From the human T2T-CHM13v2.0 reference genome, Homo sapiens, in NCBI GenBank assembly GCA_009914755.4, contig CP068257.2, positions 320,001-384,000 of the forward strand: DNA of 64,000 nt, in the 5' to 3' direction. Both the position numbers and the translations under genes were made by a program. Shown one piece after another: positions 10,555 to 25,445 of the stretch; within the stretch, counting starts at the first letter, position 1, and every line of letters begins with the position of its first letter. The notes under the pieces were generated by a model. That model saw only the letters and a list, made by a program, of their open reading frames with translations, ran no database searches and was not told where the DNA came from.

Positions 10555-13500
10555 ACTCACATAGGATTCCAGAACACTGCTACAAGGCTCTGAGTGTTTG
10601 TCCCTCACATAGCATTCCAGAACACTGCTGCCATTGTCTGAATGTTTGTCCCCCACATAGGATTCCAGAAGCCTGCTGCTGGGGTCTGAATGTTTGTCCC
10701 CCATCTAGGATTCCAGAACACTGCTGCGAGGGTCTGAATGTATGTCCCTCACATATGATTCTAGAACATTGATGCTAGGGTCTGTATGTTTGCCCTTAAT
10801 GTATGATTTCAAAACACTGCTCCTGGATTCTGAATGTTTGTCCTTCACATAGGAATACAGAACACTGCTGCTGGAGTCTGAATGTTTGTCACTCACATAG
10901 AATTCCAGAACACTGCTGCGAGGATCTGAATATTTGACCCTCATATGGGATTCCAGAACACTGCTGCGAGGGTCTAAATGTCTGTCCCTCACATAGGTTT
11001 CCAGCACAATGTTACGAGGTTCTGAATGTTTGTCCCTAACATAGGATTCCAGAGCACTCCTGCTGTGCTCTGAATGCTTCTCCCTCACATAGGATTCCAG
11101 AACACTGCTACGAGGGTCTGAATGCTTATCCCTCATATGGGATTCCAGAATACTCCTGCTGTGGTCTGAAAGTTTGTTCCTCACATAGGATTCCAGAACA
11201 CTCCTGCCGTGGTCTGAATGTTTGTCCCTCACATAGGATTCCAGAACATTCATGCTGGGGTCTCAATGTTTCCCTTAACATAGGATTTCAGAACACTGCT
11301 CTTGGGGTCTGAATGTTTGTCCCTCACATAGGATTACAGAACACTGCTGCTGGAGTCTGAATGTTTGTCAGTCACATAGAATTCCAGAACACTGCTACAA
11401 GGGTGTGAATATTTCTCCCTCACCTAGTATTCCAGAACACTGTTGCAAGGGTCTGCATGTTGGTCCGTCATATAGGATTCCAGAACACTGCTGCTGTGGT
11501 CTGAATGTTTGTCCCTCACATAGGATTCCGGAACACTGCTACAAGGGTCTGAATGTTTGTCCTTCACATACCATTCCAGAACACTGCTGCCGTGGTCTGA
11601 ATGTATGTCCCTCACATAGGATTCCAGAACACTGCTACTAGGTTCTGAATGTTTCTCCCACACCTAGGATTCCAGAACACTTCTGCTGGTGTCTGAATGG
11701 TTGTCCCTCACATATGATTCCAGGACACTGCTACGAGAGTCTTAATGTTTGTTCTTCACATAGCATTCCAGAACACTGCTGCTGGGGTCTGAATGTCTGT
11801 CCCTCAAATCGGATTCCAGAACACTGCTGCTGGGGTTTGAATGTCTTTCCCTCACATAGAATTCCAGAACATGGTTGGGAGGGTCTGAATGTTTGTCCCT
11901 CACATGGGATACCAGAACACTGCTGCGAGGGTCTAAATGTCTCTCCCTCACATAAGATTCCAGGACACTACTGCGAGATTCTGAATGTTTGTCCCTCACA
12001 TAGGATTCCAGAGCACTCCTGCTGTGGTCTGAATATTTGTCCCTCACATAGGATTCCAGAACACTGCCACGTGGGTCTGAATGTTTGCCCTCACATAGGA
12101 TTCCAGAACACTACTGCTGGGGTCTGAATGTTTGACCCTCACATAGGATTCCAGAAGACTCCTGCTGTGGTCTGAAATTTTATTCATCACATAGGACTCC
12201 AGAACACTGCTAAGAGGGTCTGAATGTTTGTCCCTCACATAGTATTCCAGAACACACCTTCTGTGGTCTGAATGTTTGTTCCTCACATAGGATTCGAGAA
12301 CACTTCTGCTGTGGTCTGAAAGTCTGTTCATCACATAGAACTCCAGAACACTGCTAAGAGGGTCTGAATGTTTGTCCCTCACATAGTATTCCAGAACACT
12401 CCTGCTTTGGTCTAAATGTTTGTTCCTCACATAGGATTCGAGAACACTCCTGTTGTGGTCTGAATGTTTGTCCCTCACCTAGGATTCGAGAACATTCACG
12501 CGGGGATGTGAATGCTTGCACTTAACATAGGATTTTAGAACACTGCTCCTGGGGTCTGAATGTTTGTCCCTCACATAGGATTCCAGAACTCTCCTGCTGT
12601 GGTCTGAAAGTTTGTACCACACATAGGATTCCAGAACTCTCCTGCTGTGGTCTGAATGTTTGTCTGTCACATAGGATTCCAGAACACTGCGGCTGGGCTC
12701 TAAATGTTTGTCCCTCACATTGGATTGCAGAACACTACTGCTATGGTCTGAACGTTTGTCCATCACATAGGATTCCAGAATGTTCATGCTGTGGTCCGAA
12801 AGTTTGTCTGTCACATAGGATTCCAGAACACTGTGGCTGGTGTCTGAATGTCCCTGACATAGGATTCCAGAACACTGCTATGAGGGTCTGAATGTTGGTC
12901 CCTCACACAGGATTCCAGAACCCTCCTGCTGGGGTCTGAATGTTTGTCTCTCACAAAGGATTCCAGAACACTGCTATGAGGGTCTGAATATTTGTCCCTC
13001 ACATAGGATTCCAGAACACTCCTGCTGTGGTCTGAATGGTTGTCCTTCACATAGGATTCCAGAACACTTTCGCTGTGGTACAAATGTTTGTGTCTCATGT
13101 AGGATTCCAGAACACTGCTACGAGGGTCTCAATGTTTGTCCCTCACATAAGATTCCAGAACACTGCTGCTGGGGTCTGAATGCTTGTCCCTCACATAAGA
13201 TTACAGAACACTGTTGCTGGGGTGTGAATGTTTGTCCCTAACATAAGATTCCAGACCACTGCTGCTGGGGTCTCAATGTCTGTCCCTCAAAAAGGATTCC
13301 AGAACACTGCTGCTGGGGTTTGAATGTCTGTCCCTCACATAGAATTCCAGAAGACTGCTGGGAGGGTCTGAATGTTTGTCCCTCACATGGGATTCCAGAA
13401 CACTGCTGCGAGGGTCTAAATGTCTGTCCCTCACATAAGATTACAGCACACTGCTACGAGGTTCTGAATGTTTGTCCCTCACATAGGATTCCCGAGCACT

Positions 13501-14650
13501 CCTGCTGTGGTCTGAATGTTTTTCCCTCACATAGGATTCCAGAACACTGCTACGAGGGTCTGAATGTTTGTCCTTCACATAGGATTCCAGAACAGTCCTG
13601 CTGGGGTCTGAATGTTTGTCCCTCACATAGGATTCCAGAGCACTCCTGCTGTTGTCTCAATGTTTGTTAATCACATAGGATTCCAGAACACTGCTACAAG
13701 GGTCTGAATGTTTGTCCCTCACATAGGATTCCAGAATACTCCTGCTATGGTCTTAATGCTTGTCCCTCACATAGGATTCCAGAACATTCATGTTGGGGTC
13801 TGAATGTTTGCCCTTATCATAGGATTTCAGAACAGTGCTCTTGGAGTTTGAATGTTTGTCCTTCACATAGGATTTAAGAACACTCCTGCTGTGGTCTGAA
13901 AGTTTGTCCCTCACATAGGCCCAAAACACTGTTGCTGGGGTGTGAATGTTTACCCCTAATATAGGATTCCAGAACACTGTTGCTGGGGTGTGAATGTTTG
14001 CCCCTAACATAGGATTCCAGACCACTGCTGCTGGTTTCTCAATGTCTGTCCCTCAAAAAGGATTCCAGAATACTGCTACAAGGGTCTGAATGTTTGTCAC
14101 TCACTTAAGACTCCAGAACACTGTTTTGAGGGTCTAAATGTCTGTCCTTCACATAGGATTGCAGAACACTGTTAGGAGGGTCTCAATGTTTTTCCTTCAC
14201 ATAGCATTCCAGAACACTGCTATGAGGGTCTGAATGTTTGCCCCACACCTAGGATTCCAGAACACTTCCGATGGTGTCTGAATGTTTGCCCCTCACATAG
14301 GATTCCAGAACACTCCTGCTGTGGTCTGAATGTTTGTCCCTCACATAGGATTCCAGAACATTCCTGCTGTGTTCTGATTGTTCCTCACATAGGATTCCAG
14401 AACACTGCTACGAGGTTCTGAATTTTTGTCCCTCACACAGGATTCCAGAACACTGCTACAAGGGTTTGAAAGTTTGTCCCTCACATAGGATTCCACAACA
14501 CTACTGCTGGGGTCTGAATCTTTGTCCCTCACATAGGATTCTAGAACACTCCAGCCGGCTTCTGAGTGTTTGTCCCTCACATAGGATTCCTGAAGACTGC
14601 TGCTGTCACTATAGTCGTTGTGAGTGTCTGAATGTTTGACCTTCACCAAA
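10555..14650. repeat. 48-bp satellite array, ~85 tandem units (~4.1 kb); consensus approx cacataggattccagaacactgctgcgagggtctgaatgtttgtccct; CER/D22Z3-like by unit length
   Basis: Exact 48-bp periodicity counted directly (cacatagg...ttgtccct|cacatag...); unit variants differ by point substitutions; because 48 = 16 codons the array yields long stop-free ORFs in several frames (e.g. 10705..11253 -, 12044..12478 -). Confidence 0.9.
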
Positions 14651-14654
14651 CACC

Positions 14655-14775
14655 AAATATCCTGACCCTTTAGTCTTGGACTTTCCAGCCTCCAGATCTG
14701 TGAGCAATAATCTCTGTTGTTTATGATTACTCAGTCTAAAGTATTTTGTTATAGTAGCCTAAAGAGACTAAGAGA
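14655..14775 (+). mobile_element. 3' end fragment of an MLT1/MaLR-type LTR, truncated on the left by the satellite
   Basis: ccagcctccagatctgtgagcaataatctctgttgtttatgattactcagtctaaagtattttgttatagtagcctaaag resembles the conserved MaLR LTR terminus. Confidence 0.5.
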
Positions 14776-14989
14776 GCATCACCTGCCCTGTCACCTAATC
14801 ACCGCTTTACTGAAGCTATACTAACAACAGTCACTTTTAGTGGGTGCTTCATGCATGAGAATAAAGGGAAAAAATTGCAAGGCATACTAAAATCCAAAAA
14901 AGGAAAAAAATACAATTTGTGTCAACAGAGCAAGCTTCAGAAGCAGACAAATGTATGATTTTGGAATTTTTTTAAACCCCTGGAGAATA

Positions 14990-16700
14990 TGCTAAGGGCC
15001 TAATCAATGAAGTAGACAGCATTCAAGTGTAGATGGGTAATGTAATCAGAAAGACAGACATCGTAAGAACCTTCAACATAATGTAGTGATAAAAAATGTA
15101 AATAACTGAAGAATACCTCTGATGGCTTATTAGTAGACTGGACTCAGCTGAGTAAAGAATCTCTGAGCTTGAGGATTTATCATCAGAAACTTCAAAAACT
15201 AAAGAAAAGAAACACTGAAAAGAACAGAAGATGATATCCAAGACTGTGGGACAACTACAAAAGGTGAAAGAGAGTAATGAGAATACCAGGAGGAGAAGAA
15301 ATAGAAGAAAGTTCTGCAACAACCATTTCTGAGAACTTCCAGTATTAATGTCAGACACCAAACCAAAGATCCAGGAAGCTCCGAGAACACCAGGCAGAAT
15401 AAATGCCAACAACCTACACTTGGACATATAATTTTCAAACTCTATGAAATAAAAGATAAAGGAAAACTCTGAAAGAAACCAGAGGTGGGGCAGAAAACAC
15501 CTTACCTACAGAGACACAAAGATAAGAACTGCATTCAACATTGCAGAAACTGTGAAAGCAAGAAGACAGTGAAATGAAAAATTCCAAATATTGACAGAAA
15601 AAAACCCACCAACCTAAGTTTCTGTACCCACTGAAAACACCCTTCAAAAGTGAAGGAGAATTAAGGCCTTCCTCAGAAAAATAAAAATTCAAGAAACTTG
15701 TTGTCAGGACAGCTGTCTTGCAAGAAATGTTAAATGAAATTCTTTAGAGGGAAACAAAAGATATATAACTGAAACCTGGATCAACATTTTTTTAAAAAGA
15801 GCATTAAAGAAAGAATCGTGGTACAATAAAAACCTATGTATTTATTCTTAATTGATCTGACCAAGAAGTTCATAGACAATAACAAATACACACAGATAGA
15901 TTATGTATGCTTATACACAAGTGAAATGAGTAACACTAATACAAGGAATGGAATGGAAGGATGGGAGGGAGGAAATGTGGTACAATAAAAACATGTATTT
16001 ATTCATAATTGATCTGACCAATAAGTTTGTAGATAATAATAAATACACACAGATAGATTGTGTATGCTTTTACACAAGTGAAATAAGGAACAATAACACA
16101 AGGAATGGAATGGAAGGATGGGAGGGAGGAATCAGGTGTTTTCTTTGTTAAGCAGGTAGTCACCCGTGAAGTGGGATAGTGTTAGCTGAAAGTGGACTTG
16201 AATTGGTTGTAAATGTATATTGAGGAATTAGGTGAGTTCTTTGTTAAGCAGGTAGCCTCATTTGTGGGATAGTGGGAGAGTGTTATTTGAAAGTGGACTT
16301 GAATTGGTTGTAAATATTACTGAGGAATTAGGTGTTTTGTTTGTTAAACAGGTAGTCTTATTTGTGGGATAGTTGGATAGTGTTATTTGAAAGTGGACTT
16401 GAATTGGTTGTAAATGTATATTGCAAATTCTGTGGCAACTAGTTAAAAAAAGTTTTAAAAAGAGAAGTACATGCTAAGAAAGACAGGGAAAATGTAGTCA
16501 TCTAAAATCATCAATGAAAACTGCAAAAGGCAGAAAAAGAGTGGTAGACAAAAGAATGAAGACTGAGGAGAATGAATAGAAAACAGTAACAAATATAGTA
16601 GATATTAGTCCAATGATATCAATAATCACTTTGAATGTTAATGGTATGAATGTACCAATTCAAAGATTGAGATTGTCAGAGTCTATCAAAAGACAGACAC
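14990..16700 (+). mobile_element. Ancient LINE-1 (L1M-type) fragment: ORF1 3' half, spacer, ORF2 start; contains internal tandem duplications
   Basis: Degenerate ORF1 (....REHQAE.MPTTYTWTYNFQTL; ...PFKSEGELRPSSEK.KFKKLVVRTAVLQEML) and ORF2 N-terminus (ISPMISIITLNVNGMNVPIQRLRLSESIKRQTHL) recognisable in translation. Confidence 0.7.
15800..16440. repeat. Local tandem duplications inside the L1M fragment (~140-bp unit x2 at 15800-16130; ~95-bp unit x3 at 16130-16440)
   Basis: ggtacaataaaaac...aaggaatggaatggaaggatgggagggagg repeated twice; ttctttgttaagcaggtag...gtggacttgaattggttgtaaatgtatattg repeated three times. Confidence 0.65.
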
Positions 16701-17411
16701 ATCTTGTTTCACTGCACTTTGCTTTATTGTGTTTTGTGACCATGCGTTTTACATATTGAAGGTTTGTGGCCACCCTGCAATAAGCAGGTCTCACTGGCAC
16801 CATTGTTCCTACAGCACGTGCTCACTTCACGTCTCTGTGTCACATTTCGGTCATTCTCACAGTATTTTAACCTTTTTGTTATTGAATCTGTTATAGTGAT
16901 CTCTAATCAGTGATCTTTAATGCTACTGTTGTCATTGTTTTGGGAACCACAAATCACACCAGGATAAGACAGCAAACAATTGACAAACGCGTTTGTTCTG
17001 ACTGCCCCACCAACAGGCCATTTCTCTTTCTCTCTCTTTTTCTCAGGCTGCTTTTTATTAATATTAAAATGTGGCCAATTAATAACCCTACAATAGCCTC
17101 TATATGTTCAAGTGAAAGAAGAGTTGCATGTCTGTCACTTTAAACCAAAAGGAAGAAATAATTAAGCTTAGTGAGGAAGGCATGTTGTAAGCAAGACAGG
17201 CCAGTAGCTAGACCTCATGCAACAAACACTTAGCCGAGTTGTGAATGCAAAGGAAGTGTTCTGGAAAGAAATTTAAAGTACTACTCCAGTGAATACATGA
17301 ATGATAAAAAGCTAAACAATCTTGCTGCTGTTATGAAGAAAGTTTAATTGGTCTAGATAGAAGAAAAAAAAAAAAACATTCCATTAAGCCTAAGCCTAAC
17401 TCTCTTTTTAC

Positions 17412-17715
<304 letters not shown>

Positions 17716-18572
17716 TCTCTTCAATTCTATGAAGACTTAGAGAGGTGAGGCAGCTGCAGAAGAAAAGTCTGAAGCTAGAAGAGCATGTTTCTTGAGGTTT
17801 AAGGAAAAAAGTCATCTCCATAACATAAAAGCACAAGATAAAGCAGCAAGTACTGTTGGAAAAGCTGCAGAAAGCTATCTAGAAGATAACTGATTAAGAT
17901 GGCTACACTAAACAGCTTTTCAATGGAGACAAAACAGCCTTCTACTAGAAGGAGATGCCATCTAGGATGTTCCCAGCTAGAGAGGAGTTGATGCCTGGCT
18001 TTAAGGCTTCAAAGGACATTCTGACTCTTTTGTTAAGGGCTAATGTAGTTGGTGATGTTAACTTGAAACCAATGATGATTTACTATTCTGAAAATCCAAG
18101 GGACCTGAAGAATTATAATAAAACACAGCTCTGCCTGTACTCTACAAATGGGAACAAAGCCTGGATGACAGACTATCGGTTTACAAATATGGTTTACTGA
18201 ATATCTTAAGCCCACTGTTGACACCTACTGCTCAAGAAATAAGATTCCTTTCAAAGTATTACCGCTCACTGACAATGCCCCTGGTACTCAAGGGCTTTTA
18301 CAGAGATGTATAAAGAGCTGAATATTGTTTTCATGCCTACTAACCCAACATTCATTCTGGTGCCCTTGGATCAAAGAATAATTTCAAATTTCAAGTCTTA
18401 TCACTTAAAAATATATTTCATAAAGCTATAGCTTCTCTAGAAAGTGATTCCTTTGATGGATCCGGGCAAAATAATTGAAAACCTACTGGAAAGGATTCAC
18501 CATTCTAGATGCCATTGAGAACATTCATGATTTAAAAAAGAAGATCAAAATAGCAACATTAGGAGAAGTTGG

Positions 18573-18872
<300 letters not shown>

Positions 18873-19465
18873 CAGAGAGAGAGAAGTTGGGAAGATTATT
18901 CCAACCGTCACAGATGACACAGGGGTTCACGACTTCTGTGGAGGAAGTAACTGCAGATATGGTGGAAATAACAAGAGCATTAGAATCAGAGACAGAGCCT
19001 GAAGATCTGGCGAGACTGCAGCAGGCTCCGCAGAAAACGTGAGTGGATGAGTTGCTTCCATGGATGAGCAAAGAAAGTGGTTTCTTGAGATGAAATCTAC
19101 TCGTGGTGAAGACAGTGTAAACAATGTTGAGATGACAACAGATTTAGAATAAACTTAGTTGGTACAGCAGAATGAGGGTTTGACAGGATTGAACCCAATG
19201 ATTTACAATAGTACATAAACTTAGTTGGTACAGCTATACGAAGGTTTGACAGGATTGAATCCAATTTTGAAAGTTGTACTGTGGGTAAAAAGCTATCAAA
19301 CAACATCGTATGCTACAGATTATTCTTTTGTGAAAGGGAGAGTCAATTGACACAGCAAACTTCAATGTTGTCTTATTTTAAGAAATTGCCACAGCCACCC
19401 CAACGCTCAGCAACCACCACCTTACATTAAGGCAAGACCCTCCATCAGCAAAAAGACTGAAACTT

Positions 19466-19731
19466 GGCCAGGTGCAGTGGCTCACACCTGTCATCCCAAC
19501 ACCTTGGGAGGCCAAGGTGGGTGGATTGCTTGAGCTCAGGAGGTCAAGGCAACATGGCAAAACCCCATCTCTACAAAAAAAAAAAAAAAAAAATAGCTGG
19601 ACATGGTGGCATGCACCTGTAGTCCCAGCTAGTCAGTAGTCTGAGGTGGGGGTTTGATTGAGCATGAGGTTGAGGCTGCAATTACTCCAGCCTGAGCCAC
19701 AGAGTAAAACCCTGTCACAAACACAAAAAAA
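19466..19731 (+). mobile_element. Alu nested in Tigger1
   Basis: ggccaggtgcagtggctcacacctgtcatcccaacaccttgggaggccaaggtgggtgg... Confidence 0.9.
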
Positions 19732-20012
19732 TTGCAGCTTTCGGAAGGCTCAGATGACTGTTGGCACTTGTTAACAATAAAGTATTTGTAAATTAAAGTG
19801 TGCACACTTTGTAGACATATGCTATTGCACACTTCATACAGCACAGTATAAACATACTTTTACATGCACTGGAAAACCAAAATAAATTGTATAACTCACT
19901 TTATTGCAGTGGTATGGAACCAAACCCACATATATCTCTGATGCATGGCCGTCTTGTATTGTACACTTAAAAAAAACTTAAGAGGGTATATTTTAGGTGA
20001 AATGGTCATCTC

Positions 20013-20314
20013 TTTTTTTTTTTTTTTTTTTTTGAGATGGAGTCTCACTCTGTTGCCCAGGCTGGAGTGCAGTGGCATGATCTCGGCTCGCTGCAAGCTC
20101 TGCCTCCTGAGTTCACACCATTATCCTGCCTCAGTCTCCCGAGTAGCTGGGAATACAGGTGCCCACCATCACGCCTGGCTAATTTTCTGTATTTTTAGTA
20201 GAAACGGGGTTTCACTGTGTTAGCCAGGATGGTCTTGATCTCCTGACCTTGTGATCCACCTGCCTTGGCCTCCCAAAGTGCTGGGATTACAGGCGTGAGC
20301 CACCACTCCCGGCC
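20013..20314 (-). mobile_element. Alu (minus)
   Basis: T24 head then gagatggagtctcactctgttgcccaggctggagtgcagtggcatgatctcggctc...ending ggcgtgagccaccactcccggcc. Confidence 0.9.
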
Positions 20315-20448
20315 TCATTTTTTAAAAAGGGTGAGAATGAGAAATATATGGGGAGTGATGGTCAAGTTTACGGCATTATTTGTTGTGATGAGTCCTGGGG
20401 CGAATACTTATCTCTAAACTCATTAAGATGTATATATTCGGTGTCACA

Positions 20449-20757
<309 letters not shown>

Positions 20758-20771
20758 TTAAATATGTGTAA

Positions 20772-21391
<620 letters not shown>

Positions 21392-21525
21392 AATTTTTAA
21401 ATATATATAATTAAAAATTAATAAAAAACAGGTATTTGCAAGTTTCCATTTTGTTATATGCTTATTATTCTTTATCTTTATGTCAGGTTGCTGTGTCAAT
21501 ACACTTAGGAAACCACAGTTCCTAA

Positions 21526-21876
<351 letters not shown>

Positions 21877-22074
21877 TGGAATTTTTTTCTAAAATTTACA
21901 TTTCTGAGTTAAGAATGCTTAAAATATTATAAAAACAGAAGCACAATTCATTATGTGTCTCATTAATTACCTTTATTAAAAACAACACAATTATATTACA
22001 ATAGCCCAAAAAATGTTTAAGCAAATGAAAACAAAACCATGACATACCCAAACTCAGGAGGAGGCAACAAAGGC

Positions 22075-22692
22075 AGTGCTAAAGGGAAGCTTACAGCTGC
22101 AGATGCTTAAATTAAAAAGAAGAAAGATCTCAAACCCATACTAAAGGAAAGCTTACAGCTGCAGATCCTTAAATTAAAAAGAAGAAAGATCTCAAACCCA
22201 TGTTAAAGGGAAGCTTACAGCTGCAAATCCTTAAATTAAAAAGAAGAAAGATCTCAAACCCATGCTAAAGGAAAGCTTACAGCTGCAGATCCTTAAATTA
22301 AAAAGAAGAAAGATCTCAAACCCATGTTAAAGGGAAGCTTACAGCTGCAAATCCTTAAATTAAAAAGAAGAAAGATCTCAAACCCATGCTAAAGGAAAGC
22401 TTACAGCTGCAGATCCTTAAATTAAAAAGAAGAAAGATCTCAAACCCATGTTAAAGGGAAGCTTACAGCTGCAGATCCTTAAATTAAAAAGAAGAAAGAT
22501 CTCAAACCCATGCTAAAGGGAAGCTTACAGCTGCAGATGTTTAAATTAAAAAGAAGAAAGATCTCAAACCCATGCTAAAGGGAAGCTTACAGCTGCAGAT
22601 GCTTAAAATAAAAAGAAGAAAGATCTCAAACCCATGCTAAAGGGAAGCTTATAGCTGCAGGTGCTTAAATTAAAAAAAAGAAAGATCTCAAA
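22075..22692. repeat. 62-bp x ~10 tandem repeat (unit ctcaaacccatgctaaagggaagcttacagctgcagatccttaaattaaaaagaagaaagat) derived from L1 ORF2 coding sequence ([24 protein letters not shown] segment)
   Basis: Unit length counted as 62 bp; first unit is continuous with flanking L1 ORF2 sequence; units differ by a/g and t/c substitutions (atcc/atgc, aaggga/aaggaa). Confidence 0.85.
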
Positions 22693-23715
22693 TCAATAAC
22701 CTAATATTACACCTGAAGGGGAAAAAAAAACTAATGACAAACCAAGCAAAAGGAAGAAAATAACAGATTAGAGCAGAGATAAGCAGAATAAGACCAGAAA
22801 AAAGGAAAAAAACCCACTGAGTTTGTTTTTTTAAAGATCAATAAAAATTTTAAAACTCACAGCTATATTAAGAAAAAAAGAGAAATCTCAAATACTGAAA
22901 TCATAAATAAAAGAGGTGACAGTACAACAGATGCCACAGAACTGAAAAAGATTACAAGAGACTAATGTGAGCAACCATATGCCACAAAACTGGACAACCT
23001 AGAATAAATTTATAAATTCCTAGAAACACAAACCACCATACAGCATCACGGAGAAATAAAAAATCCAAAGAGACCTGTAACTAGTAAGAAGATTCAACCA
23101 GTAATCAAAAACCCCCCAAAAAAGAAAATTCCAGGTCCAGATAACTTCACTGGAAAATTTTACCAAACATTTCAAGAAGAATTAATGCCAATCCTCTGCA
23201 AAATATTCCAAAAATCCTCAAAAACCAGAAGAGGACATTCCAATCCATTCTATCAGGTCAACATTTATCTGGTTCCAGAGCCAGATGAACACCTTTTGTA
23301 ATAAAAACACTCAAAGAATTAGTAATACATGGAAACTCCTCAGTAAATAAAGATTATACATGAAAAGCTCACAGCTAACATCATACTGAATGGTGAAAAA
23401 CTAAAATCTTTTCCTCTAGGATCAGGAATAAGATAGCAACTTCTCTTCCTGCCACTTCTATTCACCAGAGCACTGGAATTTCTACTTAGAATAATTAGGC
23501 AAGAGAAAGTAATAAAAAGCATGCAAATTGGAAAGGAAAAAGTACAAAATTTTGTTCACAGACAACAGGATGTAATGTGTAAAAATCCTGAAATTCCACA
23601 AAATACTGGTAGAATAATGAAATTCAACAAAGTTTCAGGATATAGTAACACACTCAAGTCAGTTGCATTTCTATAAACTAACAATGAACAATCTGCAAAT
23701 AAAATTTTAAAAAGA

Positions 23716-24414
<699 letters not shown>

Positions 24415-25229
24415 TTACCTTTACAACAGCATTAAAAAAATTAGAAATAAGCTTAACCAAGAGGGCAACAGATTTGAACACAGAAAACTACAAAACACTG
24501 TTGAAAGAAATTAAATACAAATAAGTGAAAAGAAAAGTTGGGTTTGCAAATTAGATGATTTCATCTTGGAATGATGTCAACACTACTCGAAGTGACCTAG
24601 ATTCAATACAATCCTTATACAGATTCCAATGACATTTTTGATAAACAGAAAAACCTATCCTAAAATTCATATGGAATCTCCAGGGCCCATGAATAGGCAA
24701 ATCAATCTTGAAACAGAACAAAATTAAAGGTCTCAAAACAATTACAAAACTGCAATAAGCCAAAAAAAAAAAAAATGTGGTCATGGCATAAAGACACTCT
24801 TGACACACTTATGGACCAACACAACAGAGACCTCAGAAACCAATCCTGGCATATATGGTCCGATGATCTTCCACAAGGATGCCAAGACCACTCAATGGTG
24901 AAGGACAGTTTCTGCAACAAATGGTGTTGGGAAAATTGTGTATCTACATGCAAAACAATGAAGTTGGACTCTTACCTTACACCACGTCAAAATTAATTCA
25001 AAGTGAATTATAAACCTAAATGTAAAACTAGAACTATCAAACTCCTAGGGAAAACAAATTTGGAAAATGCTTTATGACGATGAATTTGTCAATAATTTTT
25101 AGGATATGACATTAAAAGCTCAGGCAGTAAAAGCAAAAATATATCAAACCTAAAAACTTCTGTACCACAAAGGTCACAACCAACAGGGTAAAAGGCAAAC
25201 TGTAGAATAAAAGAAAATACCAGTTGAGT

Positions 25230-25445
25230 GTCCCTTATTTGAAATGCTTGGGATGTGTTTCAGATTTTGTAATATTTGCACTATTCTTACTGGTTGAGCA
25301 TCTCGAATTCAAACACCTGAGTCTGAGATGCTCCAATAAGCATTTCCTTTGAGTGTCATGTTGGCACTCAAAAAGTTTCAGACTTTGGAGCATTTGGGAT
25401 TTCAGATTTTTGGATCAGAGACATTCAACCTATAGTTGCTCATCA
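25230..25445. mobile_element. Short non-autonomous DNA-transposon-like insertion (MER-type) inside the L1M
   Basis: cagttgagtgtcccttatttgaaatgcttgggatgtgtttcagattttg...gagcatttgggatttcagatttttggatcagagacattcaacc resembles a MER DNA-element consensus from memory; family not assigned. Confidence 0.35.

Noticed and set aside
10471-14649. Many 90-180 aa stop-free ORFs on both strands (e.g. 10705..11253 -, 12044..12478 -, 11714..12127 +) with a 16-aa internal periodicity
   Set aside because: Direct consequence of a 48-bp (=16 codon) satellite period; no start context, no compositional resemblance to real proteins.
10555-14650. Regularly spaced direct repeats that could superficially resemble a CRISPR array
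   Set aside because: No unique spacers (units are contiguous with no intervening unique sequence), and the host is a primate genome with Alu and L1; it is a satellite.
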